Assembly (NCBI GenBank): GCA_963662465.1 | Contig: OY759599.1 | Location: 704,001 to 768,000, forward strand | DNA from: Desulfatiglandales bacterium | Lineage (GTDB): Bacteria; Desulfobacterota; DSM-4660; Desulfatiglandales; Desulfatiglandaceae | Reading direction: 5' to 3' | DNA length: 64,000 nucleotides | Shown here: positions 1-7,778 of the stretch, in pieces | Position numbering within the stretch: the first letter of the stretch is position 1 | Layout of the letters: each line of letters opens with the position of its first letter | Notes under the pieces: model-generated | Database searches by the model: none | What the model was told of the DNA's origin: nothing | What the model saw: the letters and a program-made list of their open reading frames with translations, nothing else | Position numbers and translations under genes: made by a program

Positions 1-846
1 GCCTATGTGGTTTCGGAAGAGGGAGGGTTATTGGGTGTACTTCGCCTGAGGGATCTGCTGCTGGCCCCCAAGAACAAACCGGTCACGGATATTATGATCA
101 AGGACCCTCAAAACGTTCGCGTCGATAACCCTTTGCGGGATTTGAAAGAATTTTTCAAACAGTACAACTATTTAGGCGTACCGGTGGTTGACTCTCGAAA
201 CAGACTTGTGGGTGTGGTCAATGCCGCCGCCGTAAGAGACGCGGTGAATAAGCGGAGCAACCAGATTTTCCTTCAATTTTCGGGCATCGTCGGCGGTGAG
301 GAATTCAGGACCATGCCGTTGTTTAAACGCTCTTCAAGGCGCTTGTCATGGTTGAGCATCAATATCCTGTTGAACATTGTCGCGGCCAGCGTCATTGCCC
401 TGTACCAGGACACTCTTGAGCAAGTCATTGTGCTGGCGGTTTTTCTACCGATCATATCGGATATGAGCGGCTGTTCCGGTAATCAATCGGTGGCTGTGAG
501 CATCCGTGAATTGTCTCTGGGACTCGTGAGACCCAAGGAGTTGTTGCGGGTTTTCCTCAAAGAATCGTCCATCGGCGTCATCAACGGCGTGGTACTGGGG
601 CTATTGTTGGGAGGGGTCGCTTTTCTCTGGAAAGGAAACCCATATCTCGGGTTGGTGGTGGGGGTGTCCCTGGCCGCCAACACCCTGGTGGCGGTCAGTT
701 TCGGAGGGCTGATTCCCCTGGTCCTGCGGCGGGCGGGCGCCGATCCGGCCCTGGCATCCGGACCTTTATTGACCACCATTACCGACATGTGTGGCTTCTT
801 TTTCGTATTGAGTTTTGCCTCGGCACTTCTTTCAAAGCTTTCGTAA
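1..846 (+). CDS. mgtE: Magnesium transporter MgtE (5' end outside the window)
   Basis: Frame open from base 1; CBS pair followed by the MgtE membrane domain (RRLSWL, PIISDMSGCSGNQS, DPALASGPLLTTITD). Confidence 0.92.
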   Translation, partial: AYVVSEEGGLLGVLRLRDLLLAPKNKPVTDIMIKDPQNVRVDNPLRDLKEFFKQYNYLGVPVVDSRNRLVGVVNAAAVRDAVNKRSNQIFLQFSGIVGGEEFRTMPLFKRSSRRLSWLSINILLNIVAASVIALYQDTLEQVIVLAVFLPIISDMSGCSGNQSVAVSIRELSLGLVRPKELLRVFLKESSIGVINGVVLGLLLGGVAFLWKGNPYLGLVVGVSLAANTLVAVSFGGLIPLVLRRAGADPALASGPLLTTITDMCGFFFVLSFASALLSKLS

Positions 847-915
847 TCGGAAGCGCCGAATTCCCGAATTGAGAAGAATAATATCTTAACCCACACTAGA
901 CCATTAGGAGTCAAC

Positions 916-2625
916 ATGACAATGAATTTGGATTTCTGGAAACTGCTGGCCGGTCTCGGCATTTTCCTGTTCGGAATGCTTTTGATCGAGGAATCGGTAA
1001 AAGCCCTGTCAGGAAGAGCTTTCAGGCGTATCATCCGTGTGTATACCAATGGCAGACTGCGGTCCATCGGCAGCGGCGCCCTGGTGACGGCCCTGCTGCA
1101 AAGCAGTTCAGCGGTTTCTCTCATGGTGCTGGCGTTTGTGGGCGCCGGTGTGATGAATATGGAAAATGCCATCGGCGTCATCATGGGGTCCAACATCGGC
1201 ACAACCTTGACGGCATGGATCATCGCCACCATCGGATTTAAAGTCAAAATTGAAGCCCTTGCCTTGCCTTTTATCGGCATGGGCGCGCTCGGTCTTATTT
1301 TTTTTAAACCCGCCTCCAAACCCTTTCTGGTCATAAAACTACTCATGGGTTTCGGTTTTCTGTTTCTCGGCCTCGATTTCATGAAAGTAAGCGTTGAAAA
1401 CTTTACCCAGACATTTAGCTTGGAACGATTCCCCGATTACGGGCTATGGTTTTACCTGATGATCGGCACCCTTATCACGGCACTGATGCAGGCCAGCGCC
1501 GCGACCATTGCCATTGTGCTGACAGCAATGAGTACCGGGCTGATCACGTTCAACATCGGAGCGGCCATGGTCATCGGCGCCAATATCGGTACGACCATCA
1601 CCGTTTTACTGGGGGCCATCGGGGGCGTACAGGCCAAAAAGAGAGTCAGTCTAAGCCACTTGATTTTCAATGTTGTCACCGGCGGAGTGGCTTTTGCCGC
1701 GCTTCCCGCACTGGTATGGGTCGTTACGATTTTCGTGGATATACGGTCCGACAGCTTAATGGGGCTGGCTCTTTTTCATACGGTTTTCAATATCCTGGGG
1801 GTCGTACTTTTTTTTCCTTTCCTGGGGCCTTTTTCGCGATTGCTCACAAGGATCTATCCGGACTACAAAACCATTCTTACGGTTTATCTCGATCAGACAC
1901 CGCCGGAAATTACGGATGCCGCTACCGCCGCTTTAAGAAAAGAAACCGGCCATTTGCTTCAGGAGTGTCAGCTCTACAATTTGAGACTGCTGCGAATCGA
2001 CGAAAAACTGGTATTTGATACGGATCTGCCCTTTGAAAACAACCGAAAGAAGAAATATACCCTCGAGGATCTCTACGAAAATATAAAACTGCTCCACGCT
2101 GAAATTTTCACCTTCTATTCCCAAATCCAGATGCATAAACTTGATGAGACAGAGGTCAAGGATCTGGAGCGGCTCATCTATGCGTCGCGTAACATGATGA
2201 ACTCCATAAAGAACTTCAAAGGCGTCCGGCATAATATGGATGAGTTCGACGGTTCGGACAATGCTTACTTAAACACCCAATATAAGTTGTTTCGAAAGCG
2301 TCTGATAGAGCTTTACCACAACATGGGCCGTATTCTCAACATGGAAGATAAACAAGCCCAGTACCAAAGCCTGCTGACGACTTTTGCACAGATCGAAGAG
2401 GGCGACAACAAATTTATCAAGAACACCCTGAATGCGGTGGCCGACAAAAAAGTTCAGGAAATGGAAATCGCGTCCCTCTTGTTGGTGAACCGGTTGTTTA
2501 CCCAGTCATGCCGGATGCAGATATACAGCATGAAGGACTTGCTGCTCAGCCAGGAACAGGTCAATAATTTTGACCGTGCCATGGATGCAAAAGAAATCAT
2601 GGGTGTGGAAAAGAAGGAAATGTAA
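916..2625 (+). CDS. Na+/Pi cotransporter family protein (NptA/YjbB-like) with PhoU-like C-terminus
   Basis: Two repeats of QSSS/QASA...GxNIGTT; helical soluble C-terminal region. Confidence 0.9.
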   Translation: MTMNLDFWKLLAGLGIFLFGMLLIEESVKALSGRAFRRIIRVYTNGRLRSIGSGALVTALLQSSSAVSLMVLAFVGAGVMNMENAIGVIMGSNIGTTLTAWIIATIGFKVKIEALALPFIGMGALGLIFFKPASKPFLVIKLLMGFGFLFLGLDFMKVSVENFTQTFSLERFPDYGLWFYLMIGTLITALMQASAATIAIVLTAMSTGLITFNIGAAMVIGANIGTTITVLLGAIGGVQAKKRVSLSHLIFNVVTGGVAFAALPALVWVVTIFVDIRSDSLMGLALFHTVFNILGVVLFFPFLGPFSRLLTRIYPDYKTILTVYLDQTPPEITDAATAALRKETGHLLQECQLYNLRLLRIDEKLVFDTDLPFENNRKKKYTLEDLYENIKLLHAEIFTFYSQIQMHKLDETEVKDLERLIYASRNMMNSIKNFKGVRHNMDEFDGSDNAYLNTQYKLFRKRLIELYHNMGRILNMEDKQAQYQSLLTTFAQIEEGDNKFIKNTLNAVADKKVQEMEIASLLLVNRLFTQSCRMQIYSMKDLLLSQEQVNNFDRAMDAKEIMGVEKKEM

Positions 2626-2725
2626 GGATGGATGCGGAACGGCAGGAAAGGCAACGGAAAGCGCTGCAATATCAGTTGCCGGAACATGTAAGCTCGCAGA
2701 TGGTCTATCTTTCGGAGGGTAATCC

Positions 2726-3916
2726 ATGAACATCATCGCCATCATTGCCAACTTCAATTTTCAGGATCTTCTCGATATCCTGTTCCTCACTGTAGTGGCC
2801 TACCATCTCTTCATCTGGTTCCAGGGGACCAAGGCGTTCAAGGCCCTTATCGGGCTTCTGGTTTTAGGGGCCGTTTTTACAATCGCAAAGGCGGGGGGGT
2901 TGTTTCTGACCACTTGGGTGTTTCAATTTTTGTGGCAGATTCTGGTCATCCTGTTAGTGGTTCTTTTTCAATCGGAAATCCGGCAGGTGCTGGAAAAGGT
3001 GAACCCGCTTCAAAAACTGGGGTTTCGCAAACAGAAACAATCTGATGAATGGATTGCTGAATTCGTAAAGGGGGTTTTTCTCCTGGCAGGGGAAAAAACA
3101 GGCGCCCTCATCATTATTGAACGGGTTGAAAGGGTCCGGGAGTACATGACGGAAGGACAAAAGCTTGAAGCGGCGCCAAGCTCGGAGATTTTGAAAAGTA
3201 TTTTTCAGAAGGAATCCCCCCTTCATGATGGGGCCATTCTCATCAGTCAGGGTGAGATTATGGAAGTGGCCTGTTATCTCCCCCTCACACCCGCCGAAGG
3301 ACTGCCGAAAGAGTGGGGCACCCGCCACCGCGCCGCCATAGGCCTCTCCGAACGCTGTGACGCCTGGGTTGTGGTGGTTTCCGAGGAACGCGGGAAGGTC
3401 TCACTGGCAAGGAAAGGCCAAATGATTCATGTGGAGAACCCCCAGGCGCTTTACCAAATGATCCGGGAAGCCCTGGCCGCCTCAGCTCCCTTGAACAAGA
3501 CCTGGAAGGAAAGGATCCGTTATCTTCTGCTCAGCCGTTGGCGCACCAAATTAGCGACACTTTGCATCGTCAGCTTTTCCTGGTTAATTCTGGCCGGCCA
3601 GCAGGATTTTGAAGTGAAATTCCAGATTCCCGTCAAGACCAAAGGATTGCCTTCTCAAATGGAAATCCTGGAACCCTTAAACGCCAATATTCAGGTTACC
3701 CTCCGGGGGCTTCGCAGGGATGCCAGCATCCTGGATAAGGAAAAAGTGGTTGCTGAAGTTGATCTCTCCAGGGCCCGGCCGGGGAAGATGGACTTTGCCA
3801 TTACCCGGAATGAAATACGGCTGTCCGATGACCGGGTGAAACTGGTTAATGTTGATCCGTCAAGGCTTGTATTCGTATTCAAGAAACTTGAGAAACCTCA
3901 AAAACCTGAGCCATAA
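2726..3916 (+). CDS. cdaA: Diadenylate cyclase (CdaA-type, DisA_N) fused to a C-terminal YbbR/CdaR-like domain
   Basis: Three N-terminal TM helices; catalytic motifs SPLHDGA and GTRHRAA; a further TM segment, then a beta-rich YbbR-like domain; GGAGG RBS. Confidence 0.88.
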   Translation: MNIIAIIANFNFQDLLDILFLTVVAYHLFIWFQGTKAFKALIGLLVLGAVFTIAKAGGLFLTTWVFQFLWQILVILLVVLFQSEIRQVLEKVNPLQKLGFRKQKQSDEWIAEFVKGVFLLAGEKTGALIIIERVERVREYMTEGQKLEAAPSSEILKSIFQKESPLHDGAILISQGEIMEVACYLPLTPAEGLPKEWGTRHRAAIGLSERCDAWVVVVSEERGKVSLARKGQMIHVENPQALYQMIREALAASAPLNKTWKERIRYLLLSRWRTKLATLCIVSFSWLILAGQQDFEVKFQIPVKTKGLPSQMEILEPLNANIQVTLRGLRRDASILDKEKVVAEVDLSRARPGKMDFAITRNEIRLSDDRVKLVNVDPSRLVFVFKKLEKPQKPEP

Positions 3917-3968
3917 AATGTTCGTTTCAAAACACATCTGCTGAAAGTCTTGTGCGAAACCGGGATTT

Positions 3969-4192
3969 CGGACATATAAACGGACATAAACAGCTCTCCA
4001 GCCCATTCTAGTTATGCTTTTATTGTATTATGTCAGTCTGTTATATAATAAACAAGAAACGGACATATATTCCTTGATTTTATCCGATTACCGCTTAAGT
4101 TAAAACGGACATAAAACTTGATCTTTTATGGTATATTCTCTGTTAACTTATCGAACTACAAATACTTTTAAACGGACATAAATCCGGACAAA
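3969..4192 (+). repeat. Six direct copies of CGGACA(T/A)A upstream of the Fic gene
   Basis: Copies start at 3969, 3981, 4060, 4106, 4173 and 4185 in an AT-rich intergenic region. Confidence 0.9.
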
Positions 4193-4201
4193 TGGATCCG
4201 T

Positions 4202-5554
4202 ATGAAAAAATTTTTCAGAGTTCTCCCCCTTGACCGTATCGGCCCATTAAAAGATATGGCAATGGAGGTTATTAGGGCCGGTTCACGCCTTGAAGGAAGC
4301 CTTGCCCCGGAAACTGCAAAAGGAATCAGCCGAGAACTTCGGCTCCTGAACAGTTACCATTCCAATTTGATAGAAGGCCACAAAACGTATATCTCCGACA
4401 TAAAACGGGCTCTTCGTAAAGAATGGTCGGGTAATGACCAAAAACGATATGCACAGGAGTTGTGTTCGGCCCATGCGGTTGTGGAAGAAGAAATGATGTC
4501 CAAAGTCGATCAAACAGGGGGGAACATTTTCAATCCGGAGTTTCTTAGGTGGATTCATCAGTGTTTCTATATGCAGCTTCCGGCGGCCCATCGGTTCACC
4601 CATCATGGACATGATTTTACAGATATCCCGGTCCATCCGGGAAACTGGCGTGAGCTGGAGGTTTCGGTTCGGAGCGGCGATCAACTCGGACCGAAAGGGC
4701 GTGATGTGCCGCACTTTGTGAAAATTTTTACGGAACGGTACAATCCGGACAATTTTCACGGTGACGAACGCTTACTTGTGATTGCCAGCGGTCATCATCG
4801 ATTGGCCTGGTTGCACCCTTTCAGGGACGGAAATGGGCGGGTTATTCGTCTTTTTACATCTGCGTGTCTGGCGTCAATCGGTATAAACGCCTACGGTCTT
4901 TGGTCGCTTTCAAGGGGGTTATCCCGAAACAACAACGGATATATGATTCATCTGGAGGCAGCGGATACGTTCAAAGATGAGGACCATGCGGATTTTATGG
5001 AATTCTTTTTGGAAACATGCCTGGATCAGATCGGCTTTATGGAGAAATTGCTCGATGTTGAAAGGATGGGTCTGAGGATTCAAGGAAGAGTCGGACAACT
5101 TTCCATGCTCGGGGAAAAAGAGATCCGACCGGAAGCCGCCATTGTCCTTCGGGAGGCGTTTCGTTCCGGAACCGTACCCCGGGGGAAACTACCGGAAATG
5201 CTTCGTCTCTCGGATCGCCAGGCGCGTCGCATTGTATCCCCCCTGCTAAAGCGTGGACTGTTGATTTCTGATTCTCAAAAACAACCGTTGCGTTTCGGTT
5301 TTCCGGAAGACGCCATGCCGGACTATTTCCCGAATCTTTTTGCCCCGGAGATGATGAGTGAGTTGACGGATAAGACCTTGATTACTGAAGATGGAAGTTG
5401 TGTGGGAATGCTTTTCAGAAATGGTGAAAAAATGGCTGTTGCCGTAAACGGAGAGTTGAAAAATATTGGGCAATGGAAAGCCGAATACGAAAAATATGCT
5501 GGGAAACCAGCCCATGTCAACGTACACAACGGACAAATTGAAATCTTACCGTAA
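4202..5554 (+). CDS. Fic family protein (class II AMPylase) with C-terminal HTH-like region
   Basis: Canonical HPFRDGNGRVIR motif; N-terminal inhibitory motif SNLIEG; HTH-like segment RGKLPEMLRLSDRQARRIVSPLLKRGLL. Confidence 0.9.
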   Translation: MKKFFRVLPLDRIGPLKDMAMEVIRAGSRLEGSLAPETAKGISRELRLLNSYHSNLIEGHKTYISDIKRALRKEWSGNDQKRYAQELCSAHAVVEEEMMSKVDQTGGNIFNPEFLRWIHQCFYMQLPAAHRFTHHGHDFTDIPVHPGNWRELEVSVRSGDQLGPKGRDVPHFVKIFTERYNPDNFHGDERLLVIASGHHRLAWLHPFRDGNGRVIRLFTSACLASIGINAYGLWSLSRGLSRNNNGYMIHLEAADTFKDEDHADFMEFFLETCLDQIGFMEKLLDVERMGLRIQGRVGQLSMLGEKEIRPEAAIVLREAFRSGTVPRGKLPEMLRLSDRQARRIVSPLLKRGLLISDSQKQPLRFGFPEDAMPDYFPNLFAPEMMSELTDKTLITEDGSCVGMLFRNGEKMAVAVNGELKNIGQWKAEYEKYAGKPAHVNVHNGQIEILP

Positions 5555-5587
5555 GTCCAATCAATTGAAGCGGAGTGGAAGTGCGAG

Positions 5588-6403
5588 CTCTTCCCCGACC
5601 GTGAGACCCAGCTTACCCAGGTAATGATCTCTTTGCCCCTCAGTGTGTCGGACAAGAGTTCCCTTAAGGAACTTGAAGACTTTTTCGAAAAACATCACCT
5701 GTTTGGTGTTCCGGTTGTGGATGATGGACAACGGCTGGTCGGCGTGGTGCTGCCCAATGCCGTTGAGGAGGCAATCAATAAGCAGAAAACAAAAGCTTTT
5801 TTGCGGCTGAGCGGTATTATCGGCGGTGAGGAGTTCCGGACCATGCCCCTGTTATCCCGCTCCGGACGTCGTCTGTCCTGGCTGAGCTTAAATATTGTGC
5901 TCAATCTTATCGCAGCAAGCGTCATTGCCCTTTATCAGGACACCCTTGCCGCGGCGATTATCCTGGCGGTTTTTTTGCCCATGGTCAGCGACATGAGCGG
6001 CTGTTCAGGCAACCAGGCCGCGGCGGTTTCCATGCGTGAACTTGCCCTGGGACTGGTCCGACCCGGTGAACTGCTCTGGGTGCTGGCAAAGGAGGTCAAA
6101 ATCGGCATCATCAACGGCCTGGTGCTTGGGTTGCTGCTTGGAGGGGTCGCCTTTTTCTGGAAGGGAAATCCATGGCTCGGCATGGTGGTTGGCGGTGCGT
6201 TGGCTGCCAATACGCTGGTTTCCGTCACCCTCGGCGGCATGCTGCCCCTACTGCTCAAGCGGCTGAAGCTGGATCCGGCCCTGGTTTCCAGCCCACTGCT
6301 GACAACGGTCACGGACATGTGCGGCTTCTTTTTTGTTTTAAGTTTTGCGGCAGGCGGTTCTGCCAAAGCTCGGAGGCATGTAGCAAAGGACGCTGTCCGA
6401 AGG
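5588..6403 (+). pseudogene. mgtE: Second mgtE paralog, 5'-truncated with a 3' frameshift
   Basis: Homologous to 1-846 but starts inside the CBS pair right after fic; removing one G near 6353 restores ...SFAAAVLPKLGGM* ending at TAG 6403. Confidence 0.75.
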
Positions 6404-6456
6404 GAGAGGAATCTGATAAAAACCCATCTTACTCAATTTTCCCATCAAGCGTGAAC

Positions 6457-6657
6457 TCAGCCATTCGGCAGCGGTTTCCCGCCGGCCGTCACCCATTTTG
6501 GAATCATGACAATTGGGATATCCGTTTTTTCCATCGCCCCCGCGTTCAGCCATTCAGCGACGATTTCTCCATGGCTGACACCAAAAATAATTAGATTCAC
6601 GGACTCTTTTTCAGCGATGTCAATGATGACGGAAGCCATATCTCCTCGCCGTAAAAT
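6457..6657 (-). pseudogene. C-terminal remnant of a universal stress protein
   Basis: ILRRGDMASVIIDIAEKESVNLIIFG...DIPIVMIP matches the C-terminal half of the USP fold; N-terminal half absent. Confidence 0.65.
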
Positions 6658-6674
6658 AGGGCGTTACATACCAG

Positions 6675-6693
6675 CCCAGGGCAACGCCCTGGG
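6675..6693. repeat. REP-like palindrome CCCAGGGC-AAC-GCCCTGGG
   Basis: Perfect 8-bp stem with a 3-nt loop at the parE/USP junction. Confidence 0.7.
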
Positions 6694-6716
6694 TGGTGGG
6701 TGATTAACAAAATGAG

Positions 6717-6914
6717 CCCCTCAATCAGTTCACGTATATCTTCACGGGAAAATTCGGGGACCTCACGACCTGCAAGGGGTGCATTGAGAGCATTTCGCGC
6801 ACGTTTTCTTAAACGCTCGACCCACCTATTGGCCGCTGTTGGGTTGTCGGTGGCAATATAGTGCCGGATAGCTTTCAGATCCTGCTTGGCGGTTTCGGTC
6901 CAAAAGAGTTTCAT
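6717..6914 (-). pseudogene. RelE/ParE family toxin, 3'-truncated
   Basis: MKLFWTETAKQDL...GREVPEFSREDIRELIEG; the expected YRIxY strand is replaced by unrelated sequence that reads through to 6597. Confidence 0.75.
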
Positions 6915-7171
6915 AACTCTTTGTCCAAATCTTCATCTGGCAGAATTCGGCCTTTTTGAACATCTGTTAAACCCCTTTTTACGGCATCAACAAAACGGAC
7001 CTGTTCCGTAAGAAAATCAAAATCGACGGGAGCAATAAGGACAGCCGCGGCTTTTCCATTTTGAGTGATTACAAGGGGGCAATGTGTGTTCTGGATTTCA
7101 TGAAGCATTTTGGACGCTTTGTTTTTAAAAGCCGATAGGGAAATGATGTTTTGAGAATGTATCGGTTTCAT
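6911..7171 (-). CDS. Phd/YefM family antitoxin
   Basis: ISLSAFKNKASKML...PLVITQNGKAAAVLI; 4-bp overlap with parE. Confidence 0.88.
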   Translation of the reverse strand: MKPIHSQNIISLSAFKNKASKMLHEIQNTHCPLVITQNGKAAAVLIAPVDFDFLTEQVRFVDAVKRGLTDVQKGRILPDEDLDKEL

Positions 7172-7334
7172 CTTTAATGCCTTCTTATTAATTTGAGTTC
7201 ATTTCGCCATCAAATATAGGCTGGAATTCGGATTTAATCAAGAACAGAATCTCTATCTTTCCAGTTTCTCATCCAGTCGCTCCATGGCTGCTACAAATGC
7301 CTGTCGGTTCTTTCGGGCTGATGCATGTCCCTGC

Positions 7335-7413
7335 GTAGGGGCAACCCCCCGTGGTTGCCCTGTTTGGGTGTTTACACCGCATCATCAGGGCAGGCACAGG
7401 GGCCTGTCCCTAC
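7335..7413. repeat. GTAG-family REP doublet (REPIN-like)
   Basis: GTAGGGGCAACCCCCCGTGGTTGCCC ... GGGCAGGCACAGGGGCCTGTCCCTAC: two internally palindromic units in inverted orientation. Confidence 0.75.
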
Positions 7414-7560
7414 TCGTGAACGGTTACAATCTTTTTTACCAGTATTCAAATCGCTTTATGGTTGACTGAAAACAGATTTGAGGAGAGAATGAACGATTAA
7501 AAACATATCACGAACAAAACATCGCTATATCAGGAGTACACGCCATGATCCATAGCCCGA

Positions 7561-7576
7561 TGGCACACGCCTTGCT
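7561..7576 (+). promoter_or_regulatory. Sigma-54 (-24/-12) promoter
   Basis: TGGCACACGCCTTGCT matches TGGCAC-N5-TTGC with exact GG-N10-GC spacing, about 200 bp upstream of cheBR. Confidence 0.7.
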
Positions 7577-7639
7577 TCTCTCTCTCTCTCTCTTATCTTT
7601 CAGTTTTAGAAAAAAATTATTCAAAAACATCTGAAAATA

Positions 7640-7672
7640 CCCGGGTGCCCGTGAAGGCGCCGGGGCTTTTTT
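7640..7672 (+). terminator. Intrinsic terminator/attenuator in the cheBR leader
   Basis: GC-rich hairpin CCCGGGTGCC-CGTGAA-GGCGCCGGGG followed by CTTTTTT. Confidence 0.65.
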
Positions 7673-7778
7673 GTTCCGGTACGCTTTTTACCGGCGAGGC
7701 TGATGGAAGCAACCATAACCCCGGGAGCCCTGATCCCTTCTGTTTTTTCTCAACTCTTTAAATCGAAAGGCAGAGACC

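Noticed and set aside
3969..4192. CRISPR array
   Set aside because: Repeats are only about 8-12 bp, spacing is irregular, and no cas genes are present.
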